From the NCBI RefSeq assembly GCF_006345805.1, contig NC_043010.1:18042001-18106000 (forward strand): DNA of 64,000 bases, in the 5' to 3' direction. The position numbers and the translations under genes are program-made. Below are positions 52,801 to 62,805 of the stretch, one piece after another. Below the pieces are notes generated by a model, which was not told where the DNA came from, made no database searches, and saw only the letters and a list, made by a program, of their open reading frames with translations. The stretch comes from Octopus sinensis (Eukaryota). How positions within the stretch are numbered: position 1 is the stretch's first letter; the number at the start of each line of letters is the position of its first letter.

Positions 52801-55800
52801 TTGTTATATTTAAAATTAAAAGAAACACGGAGCATCTCAAAATAAATACAGTAACGAAAGGGTTAATGTATGTGTGTCTTGTGTTAGTCCACCTCTAATG
52901 GCTCATTTACTGTTCTGTTGATGTATGACCATCAACAGTTGAGGCAAACAAGCTGGACACAAACAAAAGATAACACCTCCCATTTCTATATTTCTGAGGT
53001 TGATGTTGTAACGGGTGCTGGTATCGAAGTGCAATGGTGCACTTTTGAGTCATGTCACTTTGTGTAGTAATAGTAAATATGAGTTGTATGTGTGTGATGT
53101 AGTGGCTATCATGCTATAAAAATTGGTGTCATTGTACTTATGATTCATTTACAGTTTGAGAGTCAAGGTGAGAGGGAGCTGAAACAGATCTTTGAAGGTC
53201 AAAATAGCATATATGGAACACTCCGAGAGTTAAACAAGAGGCTGGACGAGTTATCTGGACGCCAGGAGTTGATTCTCTCAAAAGTCACATCCATCCAGGC
53301 ACCTGTGGCAGGACAGCCACCAATACAGCATGCACAGGTAACTAACTCCCACTCTTCTTACATTGCTTATGGTTATCAACTGCTATTTCCAGCAAACATT
53401 GGTGCCTTGTTGTACCACTATTTTCTATTTATTATTTTACCTTCATGGTGCTTTATTTAATTGGAAAATAATACTATTGTATTGCAATAATATTTATAAT
53501 TTATATATATATATGTATGCATAGGAGTGGCTGTGTGGTAAGTAGCTTGCTCACCAACCACATGGTTCCGGGTTCAGTCCCACTGTGTGGCACCTTGGGC
53601 AAGTGTCTTCTACTATAACCTTGGGCCGACCAAAGCCTTGTGAGTGGATTTGGTAGATGGAAATGTATATATATGTGTGTGTCTGTGTTTGTCACCCCCA
53701 ACATTGTTTGACAACCGATGCTGGTGTGTTTATGTCCCCGTAACTTAGCGGTTCAGCAAAAGAGACTGATAGAATAAGTACTAGGCTTCCAAAGAATAAG
53801 TCCTGGGGTTGATTTGCTCGACTAAAGGTGGTGCTCCAGCATGGCTGCAGTCAAATGACTGAAACAAGTAAAAGAGTAAAGGGAGTAAGAGTAAGGCATT
53901 TTGTCTGGTGCACTACTGACTCTGCCAATCCAACATCCTAGTATTAAAAATAATAATAATAAGGAAGAAGTACCCTCACTCATAAAAATATATCTGTACC
54001 GGAATTTTGACAAGTTTAGTAAATGTAAGGGCCTGGAAATCAAAATACAAAAGTTGTGGCATCTTAAAGCAAAAACTGTTCTTGTTATTGTAGGTTCTCT
54101 AGGTATGATAAAAACGGGATGTCAGAAAGCTCTAGACAACATCTCAGGAGAACCATATCTCAGAGAAATCCAAGGAAGCACAGACACCCACATACTCACA
54201 CCCGTGCATACACCCATACAACAGGCTTCTGTCAGTTTCCATCTGCTGAATCCACCACACACAAGGCTTTGGTTGGCCCAGGACTATCGTAGAAGATTTA
54301 ACCAAGGTGCCATGCATTGGGACTGAACCCAAAACTATGTTGGTTGGGAAGCAAATTTTTTAACCAAACATACACACACACACACACATGTGTATACATT
54401 TCTGTGTGTGATTATCTTTATGTTGTCTCTAAATTCTATGCCTTGTAGCATTGCATTTTGTTAGGACAACTTGAATAAAACCTATTTCTTTACTACCCAC
54501 AAGGGGCTAAACACAGAGGGGACAAACAAGGATAGGCAAACGGATTGTCGATTATATCGATCCCAGTGCGTAACTGGTACTTAGTTTATCGACCCCGAAA
54601 CAATGAAAGGCAAAAATGACCTCGGCGGAATTTGAACTCAGAACGTAACGGCAGACGAAATACTGCAAAGCATTTCGCCCAGCCTGCTAACGTTTCTGCC
54701 AGTTCGCTGCCTTTATTTTAGGACAATTAGAATAAAACTTGTAGTGGTTGGCACATAGGAAGAATATTAAAAGACTATAGAATGCCCCCGCAGATAAAAC
54801 TTGGCCCTAGTCATATCACAACGGAAACACAGGCAAGAATGAATAAACAATATATTTCTTGTGATAGGAAACAAAGATTAACGTATTGTTGTTTCTTAAT
54901 GTTTTACCATTATTTCAGGGCACAGGCATTCCAATGGACACAATTAGGAGACATGAAGTTGATATGGTGATTAACAATCAAAATGACTTCCGAGCACAGA
55001 TGAAAGACATAAGGTAACGAGAGTTCAGTTATATAATTACCTTTTTTTTTTTCCTTTATGAAATAATTAGGAACCGAATGAAGCAGTCCATGCTCGTGGC
55101 GTTTGCAGGTTTGCCAGCAACGGCATGAGATTGATTCTGTTAACATGGCTCTTGGACTGGTGTAAATCAATGATTGTAGGAAAGATGTGCCTCTCCGAAT
55201 CCAATCTTCATCATCATCATCATCATTTAACGTCCGTTTTCTGTGCTAGCACGGGTTGGACGGTTCGACCGGGGTCTGGGAAGCCAGGAGGCTGCACCAG
55301 GCTCCAGTCTGATATGGCAGTGTTTCTACAGCTGGATGCCCTTCCTAACGTCAACCACTCCGTGAGTGTAGTGGGTGCTTTTTATGTGCCAGGGGAGGCT
55401 GGCATCGACCATGATCAGTTGGTGCTTTTCGCATGCCACCGGCACAGAAGCCTGTCAAGGCAGCGCAGGCATCGGCCACGTTCGGATAGTGCTTTTTATG
55501 TGACACCGGCACAGAGATCACAACTACATTTAATATTAATTTTGATGTTGATGTACTTGACTCAATAGGTCTCCTCAAGCACAGCAGGTCATGTGCCACC
55601 AGCACAGAAGCCAGTCAAGGTGGCGCTGGTTCCTTTTTTAAAGTCATCCAAATGAAAGGGCTTCCATCAAAAGCTTGGCTATGTTAAAGATGTGCTGCCT
55701 TGCATTCTCTATCAGAGGTCTCGGTGTTCACGAGCCATTATATTTGGAGTGATTACAAGTGGTCTGGTTTGTGCTGCTCATTCTTAAAGGAGTTTTCTGA

Positions 55801-58626
55801 TAATGAAGGACAATGCAGACACAGCATTGTTGATGAAAGGAGGCGGAGGTAGATGACTTGTGTGCCAGTGGTGGAATGAAAGCAGGCAGCTCTAAGGAGC
55901 AGAAGCTGTTTTAGAGCTGATAGAAAGAGGGGACAGCATGTGTGGACCTGAGGCTGGGACATGTCTGTCAGTGACTTTATGCTAATCAAGTGATTAGCTT
56001 TTATCTGGATGTAGTGTCAGCTACGTTAAACATGTGCATTCTCTTTGAGAAATCTCGGTGATTATTAGTGAGCCCAGTGATAATTTGTGAAGGCGGCGAG
56101 CTGGCAGAAACGTTAGCACGCTGGGCGAAATATGTAGCCGTTATGTTGTGGGTTCAAATTCCACCGAGGTCGACTTTGCCTTTCATCCCTTCGAGGTTGA
56201 TTGAATAAGTAATAGTTATGCACTGGGGTCAATGTAATCGACTTAATCCGTTTGTCTGTCCTTGTTTGTCCATTCTGTGTTTAGCCCCTTGTGGGTAGTA
56301 AAGAAATAGATAATTAGTGAGCCCTAACATTTGGAGTGATTAGACGGGCACTGTTGTAGGCTTCTCGTGTTTAAGGAGAATTCTGGGGATGATTGTGTTA
56401 TTTGATGTTGAAGGGGGCCAGTTAGGTGTGCCTGCATTGGAAGATGTTTTTGAGGTCTCTGTCCACATTCAGTGTAGATTTGGCAGGAATTATTTTGGTT
56501 GCATGCTGTGTGGCTATGGAAGATTAGGAAGAAATAAATGTAAGAGAATGAGCATCAATGCAGCTGATGACAAGTAGGTCTTTGAGGTATAGGAAGAAGA
56601 GTGTGGGATACAGAATGGAACCCAGAGGCACACCACAGTCGACATCATCATCATCATCATCTACTTTCCATGCCGGAATGGATTGGATGGTTTGACTGAA
56701 AGCTGGTAAGCCAGGGAGCTGCACCAGGTTCCATTTTGATTTGGCATGGTTTCTACAGCTGGATGTCCTTCCTAATGCCAACTACTCCAAGAGTGTAGTG
56801 GGTGCTTTTTAAGTGCCACCAGCATGAGTGCCATTGATGTGACACTGCCATCGGTCATAACTACCATCTCACTTGGCTTGACAGGTCTTCACAAGCACAG
56901 TATATCGTTAAAGGTCTCAGTCACCTGTCACTGTCTCTGTGAGGCCCGACACTCGAATGGTGCTTTTTACAGCCACCAGCACAAGTGCCAGTCAGACGGC
57001 ACTGGCTTTGGTTACAACTACAATTTCACTTGGCTTGACAGGTCTTCTCAGGTACAGCATATCGCCCAATATTCAAAGGGTTCTTTTTACATGCTATTTA
57101 CACAAGACTGGCATTGGTTACAACTCTGATCTCACTTTGTTTGAGAGGTTTTCTAAAGAGAAGATTATCCCAACTCCATCCAGGTGGTTGGAATTTGAAT
57201 TCTGCATTTATTATTGTTTATGAAAAAAAAAAAAAATGTTTAACTTTCGAAGCTGAGTTAGAAATATTCTGGCCCATGAGCTGAAAATATTGGAAGAGCT
57301 CTAAGTCTGTAACCAACAATTGTTCAGCTGAGAAATGTGGAAAAAAAGATTCAACCCCTTCAATACCAGCTCACTTGAGATTGCACTTGTTCTCTGATAC
57401 AAACTTCCTTTTTTTTTTTTGAAGTCATCCAAATGAAAGGACTTCTATCAAAATTTCATGTTCCAAACACCAGCTTCATAAAAATGATGAATATTTTCAC
57501 TAAAGTCATTGTTACCAAAATTATTTGAAATAAAGTCTGCGTATTTTAACAGAAACATGAAAACAAGCTGATTTAGTTTTGCAATTGTTTTGTCTGATCA
57601 AAAGGTGGAAGATGCACCTATGATTTGTTACATTAGTGAACTACATTATACAATAATAATAATAAGAAGAAGAAGAAAAATTCCTGTACTGCCCACAAGG
57701 GGCTACACACAGAGGGGACAAACAAGGACAGACAAAGGGATTAAGTCAATTACATTGACCCCAGTTCGTAACTGCTACTTAATTTATTGACCCCGAAAGG
57801 ATGAAAGGCAAAGTACCTCAGCGGAATTTGAACTCAGAACGTAGCGGCAGATGAAATACTGCTAAGCATTTCACCCGGCGTGCTAACGTTTCTGCCAGCT
57901 CGCCGCCTTCCCAACATTCAACACAAATTCTACAATCACAAATGTGCATGAACACATTACACACACACATACACACACAAACACGCTGCTATAAAGATGG
58001 TCACTGAGAGCGAACCACATGAATGAGAACTCTGTAAATAAATGGCTATTGAATTGTACCCCACTTGTGAACCTCTTTGTGTTCCATATCCTTGAAACTA
58101 AAAATAATTACAATGGGAGAAGCAGATACTCCACAGGTATCACAAACCTTCCATTCCATTATAATGTTATAGAATAAATACTAAGAGAGGAACCTATTCG
58201 GACATTTAGGAAGTAAGGCAGTTGGGGTTGAAAATGGTCCAAAAATTTTTAATAGCAATGTGAAATTAGTAAAAAGTATGAAACAAATTTATTCCAGAGG
58301 AAAATTAGGGAAATATTTATGGTTATGGGGAGGTAATAACTAGGGTAAGTGGCAAATTTGGGGCCACTGGTCTGCCATCCAGTTCTCAGTGATAGTGAGC
58401 TGACTAACCCAACAAACAGCTAACTTTCCAGCTAATTGGTTAAACAATCTATACATCAGTCAGCCTGATGGTCAATCAAAGAAGTAAAAGCAGATATCAC
58501 TAATTAAATTAATGAATACAATTTATAGTTAAAATTTAAAATTAAAATACTTGCAAATTGTTTTTAGAGATGTGAGCTCTTACTACAAATTGTTAATGCA
58601 TTCATATACAAGAAAGAAACCCATTG

Positions 58627-58664
<38 letters not shown>

Positions 58665-61600
58665 CAATGTGTGTTTGTGGCTGGTTAACAGGTTGGATGT
58701 GGTGCCAAAGAAGCAGCTAGAACTCTTGAAATATACCTATACACCAATTGTCTGTATTTTTCTTTCTTCAATCACACTGTTTACATTGGTGTATTCGTAT
58801 ATGAAGTGCCTTAACTTGCAGTGCTGGCTCTAAATTCTATAGAATATCTGTAGAGCTAATGTTAAAAAAAACAATGGTTATCATAACCTCCCCCTACACA
58901 CACACACACACACACACGATCACAAACATATAAATGATGATGATGATGATGATGATGATGCTGGTGTGGGTCATTGAGTCTGTGTTGGCTGCTGCGTGTG
59001 AATATATCTTCGTCTCTTTCTAATTCTCTTCTACAGGCAACTGATTGGTTTAATCAAGGAGAAAGCTGACCATTTTAGTGGTGTTGGTGCAACGAACGAT
59101 GGCAAGGCACCTGGTGGTGGATCTGGAGCTAACATGCAGTTGCAGATGGCGCTACATGAAGTGAAAGACACCATCAAACAAGTGCGCACTGACACAGCAA
59201 ACATCTTAAACACATCTCAGGTAGGGAATCCATTCAACTGACCCTTACAGGAGTTGCTCTTTGTGGGTTGAGAATGTTTAAGGGTTGGGTCTGTTATGTG
59301 ATTTGTCAATTTAGGGTTTTACCAGAGGGTACATAAATAACTGTCTAAAATATCAGTCAATAAACCACACCTTTATGTATAGGTTGTTGTTGCTTAACTT
59401 CAATCAAGCAAACCTATGACCAGGTTATTCCAATTCTGGCCACCCTGTCTTTGCCAGAGATTACATTGCCCAATATGTTGTTTGTTATGAAGAAATTAGG
59501 ATAATTGACAAATATACTCAAAATAACAACCAAGTCTCCCTCCTTGGTTTCTCCTACCATCTTAAAAAAGGGAACACATTGGATTGTATAGTTGTTAATA
59601 AATTGCATCCTAAAACAAAAAAATACATGATGCTCATGGCTTATTTCAGGATAAGGAATATGTTTAAAGTAAAAAAAAGAAAAAGAATTAAATTTTTATC
59701 ACCTGCAGCATTTCTTCTTGATGTCCATCATCACTCACTATCCATATTTACTTATTCATACCTACTTCTGATTTATCCATCTCTTACTTCACCCCTCACT
59801 CTTGCAACTGTTAATCTCATCCCTCTTCTTGTTACTCCTCCCTCCATCGCTCTCCTGTCTATTGTACTCTTCTGCTGCTGATGTCAGTAATGAACTGGGA
59901 ATCTGCTACTACAAACCATTGCTGTACTATTCGTCATCATTTCCTCTCCTCTGAGCTTCTTCTAATTGACACCCATCCATCATTCTTTACATTTCCCCAC
60001 TAAACTCTATCGTTGATCACCCCCACCCCCACTCCTGTTCGCCATTCCCTACATTCACCTCCTATACGCATATGATCATCTCCATCTCTCACTCGTATCA
60101 CGTTTGCCAAGCTTGCTGATTCTCCTGTCTCTTTGCTGTCTTCATTGTCTGGAACGTGTTACTTTGAGGGTACATTCTGGAACTTCATCACCACTACAGT
60201 TACCTGTCTTCGTGGTGTCTCTCTACTCATCCCCGCCATCCACCCGTGTAAAATTCAAAGTAGCCATGAGTCCCCACCCCCAACAAATCTGTCCTTTCTC
60301 ATATGATACATTAACCTCTCAACACCTCACATACCAACAACCACTCTATTTCCCAGTCTCCCTCTTAGACAGGTTTCATTGCAACTGCAATTGCACAGGT
60401 GCCTCAGAAAGAAAAGCACCCAGTACACTGTAAAATGGTTGGCACTAGGAAGGGCATTTGGCCAAAGAAACCATGCTAAAACAGAGACACTCAAGCAAGT
60501 TGTATCCAACTGGTTCCTATCAAAGACCATGCTAACATGGAAAGTGGATGTGAAAACGACAAGGATGACATTTATGTATGAATGATTTCAATATCAATTT
60601 TGTAACATCTTTATTTTACATTTGTTTTCCACACTGACCTGGGTTGAATGGGTTGTTGGCACAGTGCAAGCATTTCTTCTTCGGAGTTCTTATCCTCTGA
60701 GACAGCTTCAGTAATATCTCCCATCTCATTCACATATTCTACCTTTCATATAGTTTCTATGGTTTGATGCCCTCCTTAACATCAAGCCCTTAACAGTGTG
60801 AACTAAATGCATTTTATCATTGAACCAGTGTTAGGGAGGTTGACATGCCCTTGGCAAGAATAAAAGCTCTCCTTTACTCTGCATTGACTCTGCTTGTTTG
60901 CCAACCATTTTACAGTGTGTTCTGTGGGAATATTATCATATTGACACCAAAATTGTCTCCCTGCTCGGTTGTCTCATTAACTCCCAAAACCTTATAATTG
61001 CTTTGATACAATAATATTGTTCCCTAAATATAAAGAATCCTTATAGCTCATCCAATGAATGGTCTGGGCATATAACAGGTGTCACTCTACTATGGTCTAT
61101 TCACCTGTCTAACAGATGTCTCTATACTGTGTAGTCTATACACATGCCTAGAAGATTCCCCTAATATTACTTTAAATATTCCATCTGTCTCATTGACCCC
61201 ATTTTTCTCTATTTGTGAATTTATTTTTGCAGGGATCAAACACATCATGCCCTAACATCAACTGCATATCTCCGAAAGTGTTTTTCATTGGTTTATCTGT
61301 ACAGATTGCTGCTCTTTTCATCTATGCCATGTACAAGTGAGTATTTCACTATTTATCAATCTCATTTAAAACCCTCAGGTAACTTTCTGAGCTTTAAGTT
61401 ATTGTTTGTTTGTACTCGTGTTGGCCTTTTGAAGAACCAATTCATTGAGTGGCTGAGCAGTGAGGAAACGATGACAACGGTTCAATCCTGACAGCATTTT
61501 ACTTTAGTCCTTGTCTTCTCTTGACAGTGCACATGTCCCTCGTTCTTCTAACATATGGCTGTCTTCTTCACTGCAGTGAATAGTTTAGTGCAGTTCTTTT

Positions 61601-62477
61601 CAAACTTTTTGCTGGAGCGGAACCCCAAGGAAACATTCCACTGGCTCGAGGAACCCCTGTGCAATAATTTAATAGTTTTATGCACACATATCTGCACAGG
61701 AGAATTAAAAATTACTGCCGATTTTAGCAGTTTTGTAACTTCTTGCGGAACCCTGGTTGAAAACCACTGGTTTAGTGTCTCACCTCGTCCTGTGTCTCTA
61801 GATTTATGTTGTCAAGGAACATAACTCTGCTTTCCCCGACTACAGTTTACTAAAAACATTGTGTTATTATCCCAGCCGTCTTCTTTCTGTCGGCAGGACA
61901 CTTAATTCTTTTTGCCTTGAGTCTGCCTTAATAAGACAGGTGCACGAGTTAGTACATGTCCAGTGTCCATAGCCATCAAGTACAAAAACCTACCAGTAAG
62001 ACAGATTGGAAATTAAATTCCATGAAGGTGGTGTGAATATGTGTCCATATGTGTTTGCTTTGTGATCATAATGGCCTCCAGTTCAATCCCACTGACTGGA
62101 ATCATGGACAAGTATCTTCTACCTTGGCCTCAAGTTGATCCAAATTTTTGTGTGTGAAATTGGGTCGATAGAAACTACATGGAAGCCTATGAGTTAGATT
62201 GTCACTGTAATTCAACCTCATCGCTGGGCCTTGCTGATTCCCCTTGAAAATTATGTTTATGGAGGACTCACCTAAAATCCAGCGAGTGGAGAGTTCAGCA
62301 CAAAATAAACGACTGAACAAGCTCCATCGTCTGTGTGTATGCATGCATGATGATGATGAATGTGGTGGTGGTGGTGGAGGAGGTGGTGATATTTGCATGT
62401 TCTTATCTATATATCATCTGCTGTTTTTTTCTAATTCCAGGCAAAGCAAGGAAGCACAAGCCAAGAAATTCTATTGA
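38638..62477 (+). CDS. LMAN1: ERGIC-53 / lectin mannose-binding 1 (L-type lectin cargo receptor), spliced, 5'-partial: join(38638..38694,39120..39217,39603..39710,44413..44474,46443..46542,48038..48161,48579..48634,50534..50628,52419..52479,53155..53337,54919..55013,59037..59220,61233..61336,62441..62477)
   Basis: Manual splicing through GT-AG introns with consistent phases gives one open frame (1364 nt): EVTFRVTGRGRVGADGLAIWY...GLFFDSFDNDG..NNP...CLRDFRNKPFP...GVTAATGGLADDHDV (L-type lectin CRD), then a coiled-coil stalk, a Cys pair, a TM helix and the tail KQSKEAQAKKFY*. This matches the architecture of human ERGIC-53. Confidence 0.96.
39120..39217 (+). CDS. LMAN1: LMAN1 exon: (G)WVWTKNPVPHDNWVIEVTFRVTGRGRVGADGL
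   Basis: Acceptor ttgttgcag and donor gtaaat; contains the lectin GADG motif. Confidence 0.97.
39603..39710 (+). CDS. LMAN1: LMAN1 exon: AIWYTLDKAVEGPVFGNMDKWNGMGLFFDSFDNDGQ
   Basis: Acceptor ctgtcag and donor gtaagt; Ca2+-binding DSFDND loop. Confidence 0.97.
39837..40136 (-). mobile_element. ~300-bp element embedded in a (TAT)n/(AAT)n microsatellite
   Basis: Complex sequence flanked on both sides by perfect (TAT)n arrays (about 39806-39836 and 40137-40161). Confidence 0.55.
40476..40626. repeat. Mixed (CAC/CAT)n trinucleotide tract
   Basis: About 50 CAY triplets; source of the spurious poly-His ORF. Confidence 0.9.
40723..40957 (-). mobile_element. SINE family A
   Basis: Full-length reverse-complement match. 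Confidence 0.85.
41765..42162 (+). mobile_element. CR1-type LINE 3' end with (ATT)n tail
   Basis: THGHVYKVRK*HSSHDFRKHFFMLRVAEAWNKLPASVV is a CR1 ORF2 C-terminal signature; followed by a 3' UTR and an (ATT)n tail. Confidence 0.75.
43248..43327 (+). ncRNA. Putative intronic C/D-box snoRNA, copy 1
   Basis: TGTTT stem, box C-like TTGATGA (43255-43261), box D CTGA (43318-43321), AAACA stem; 80 nt; sense strand in an LMAN1 intron; near-identical paralogue at 45038. Confidence 0.6.
43817..44152. mobile_element. Foldback/MITE with ~135-bp inverted arms in an LMAN1 intron
   Basis: TGGAGTAAAG...CAAACAAGGGAATC / GATTCCCTTGTTTG...CTTTACTCCA, with a spacer of about 55 bp. Confidence 0.8.
44413..44474 (+). 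CDS. LMAN1: LMAN1 exon: RNNPYILVMLNNGTREYDHM(N)
   Basis: Polypyrimidine tract plus catcag, donor gtaagt; NNP and YDH motifs. Confidence 0.95.
45038..45117 (+). ncRNA. Putative intronic C/D-box snoRNA, copy 2
   Basis: Same boxes and terminal stem; 3 substitutions versus copy 1; homology stops at the stem boundaries; lies in the next LMAN1 intron. Confidence 0.6.
46443..46542 (+). CDS. LMAN1: LMAN1 exon: DGHDQQLGGCLRDFRNKPFPLKARVEYYKNSLT
   Basis: Acceptor ccctacag and donor gtaagt; CxRDFRNKP motif. Confidence 0.96.
47093..47328 (+). mobile_element. SINE family A (CpG-rich, young-looking)
   Basis: Full-length match. Confidence 0.85.
48038..48161 (+). CDS. LMAN1: LMAN1 exon: VFIHNGMSSNQNEYELCLRAEGIHLPKNGFFGVTAATGGLA
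   Basis: Acceptor actacag and donor gtgatg; AATGGL motif. Confidence 0.96.
48579..48634 (+). CDS. LMAN1: LMAN1 exon: DDHDVMAFLTHSMHAPADQ
   Basis: Acceptor ttcttcag and donor gtatgt; DDHDV motif that ends the CRD. Confidence 0.95.
48746..49010 (+). mobile_element. RTE LINE 3' end fragment
   Basis: QLRSLGRVMRREGLENLVMTGKIKGKRSRGRRRMMWM is typical of the RTE/BovB C-terminus. Confidence 0.7.
49706..50325 (+). mobile_element. tRNA-derived SINE, family B (internal TA/TG microsatellite, duplicated 3' half)
   Basis: GGAGTGGCTGTGTGGTAAG A-box-like, GGGTTCAGTCCC B-box-like, CACCTTGGGCAAGTG core; the 3' module occurs twice. Confidence 0.85.
50534..50628 (+). CDS. LMAN1: LMAN1 exon: MDTGTKVSEDEKKKLDEEFKEYYKKLEQAKE(D)
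   Basis: Acceptor gtttcag and donor gtgagt; charged helix like human EKEKYQEEFEHFQQELDKKKEEF. Confidence 0.92.
50955..51181. mobile_element. Degenerate hAT-type MITE
   Basis: CAGTGGTTCTT...GAGAAACACTG termini; TSD not preserved. Confidence 0.6.
52084..52378. repeat. 19-bp minisatellite (ACAACATCCACCCCACACG)n
   Basis: About 14 units, perfect in the centre (about 52184-52290) and degenerate at the edges. Confidence 0.9.
52419..52479 (+). CDS. LMAN1: LMAN1 exon: FKKENPDKAKDEYDIDVDKW
   Basis: Long pyrimidine tract plus tttcag, donor gtgagt; phase 2/0 fits both neighbours. Confidence 0.9.
52646..52862. mobile_element. piggyBac-type MITE (TTAA TSD)
   Basis: TTAA|CCCTTTCGTTAC...GTAACGAAAGGG|TTAA with perfect 12-bp TIRs. 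Confidence 0.85.
53155..53337 (+). CDS. LMAN1: LMAN1 exon: FESQGERELKQIFEGQNSIYGTLRELNKRLDELSGRQELILSKV...QHAQ
   Basis: Acceptor tttacag and donor gtaact; conserved RELxQxFEGQN stalk motif. Confidence 0.95.
53522..53880 (+). mobile_element. SINE family B
   Basis: Full-length match; other copies at about 2220, 6270, 14800, 36170 and 37407 (+) and 1430, 23530, 28440, 30080 and 54220 (-). Confidence 0.85.
53950..54180 (+). mobile_element. R4/Dong-like (RLE) LINE C-terminal fragment
   Basis: KFSKCKGLEIKIQKLWHLKAKTVLVIVGSLGMIK...LREIQ resembles the restriction-like endonuclease C-terminus (K..KY..L..E...LW...PVVIGALG); adjacent to (AAT)n. Confidence 0.65.
54481..54713 (-). mobile_element. SINE family A
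   Basis: Full-length reverse-complement match. Confidence 0.85.
54919..55013 (+). CDS. LMAN1: LMAN1 exon: GTGIPMDTIRRHEVDMVINNQNDFRAQMKDI(R)
   Basis: Acceptor atttcag and donor gtaacg; open frame, stalk heptads. Confidence 0.9.
55209..55630 (-). mobile_element. SINE-like family C, uninterrupted reference for the LINE insertion site at 16335
   Basis: Contains a contiguous GTGCTTTTTATGTGCC|AGGGGAGGC. Confidence 0.8.
55680..56640 (-). mobile_element. Decayed CR1/Jockey-group LINE RT remnant, interrupted by a SINE
   Basis: Minus strand reads VDCGVPLGSILYPTLFFLYLKDL, similar to GVPQGSVLSPTLFLLFINDL. Confidence 0.55.
56090..56309 (+). mobile_element. SINE family A
   Basis: Near full-length match. 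Confidence 0.85.
57680..57909 (-). mobile_element. SINE family A
   Basis: Full-length reverse-complement match. Confidence 0.85.
59037..59220 (+). CDS. LMAN1: LMAN1 exon: QLIGLIKEKADHFSGVG...LQMALHEVKDTIKQVRTDTANILNTSQ
   Basis: Acceptor cttctacag and donor gtaggg; phase 2/0; open frame. Confidence 0.88.
61233..61336 (+). CDS. LMAN1: LMAN1 exon: GSNTSCPNINCISPKVFFIGLSVQIAALFIYAMY(K), with Cys pair and TM helix
   Basis: Acceptor tttttgcag and donor gtgagt; two juxtamembrane Cys and a hydrophobic helix with a central Gln, as in ERGIC-53. Confidence 0.93.
61591..61769. mobile_element. hAT-type MITE
   Basis: CAGTTCTTTTCAAAC...GTTGAAAACCACTG TIRs; exact 8-bp TSD GTTTAGTG at 61583-61590 and 61770-61777. 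Confidence 0.85.
62441..62477 (+). CDS. LMAN1: LMAN1 terminal coding exon: QSKEAQAKKFY*
   Basis: Acceptor aattccag; dilysine retrieval plus di-aromatic export motif KKFY, then TGA. Confidence 0.95.
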
Positions 62478-62579
62478 AAACATTGTTTTTTGTTGGTTAT
62501 TGTTTTTTTTTTTAACTCTCTCTCTTCTTCCATCTCAGTTGAATACTGTGTCTCTGGATGTTTGTGACTGAGACTATTT

Positions 62580-62627
<48 letters not shown>

Positions 62628-62784
62628 AACTGCAGAAGCATTTCATTTGGAAGTTGAAAGAGATATATGAGACAAAGCTGTAGGTTTTCATGTCTCACAG
62701 CATGTGTGTGTGTTGTGTGCCTGGCTATAAGTCTATGTGTGTGTGTGTTATTTTGTTTTTTTTTATGGCAAATTGTATAAAAGA

Positions 62785-62805
62785 AATAAATAAAATGATA
62801 ATAAA
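62785..62805 (+). promoter_or_regulatory. Putative LMAN1 polyadenylation signals (clustered AATAAA)
   Basis: AATAAA at 62785, 62789 and 62800, about 310 nt after the stop; GT-rich element at about 62845-62860. Confidence 0.55.
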
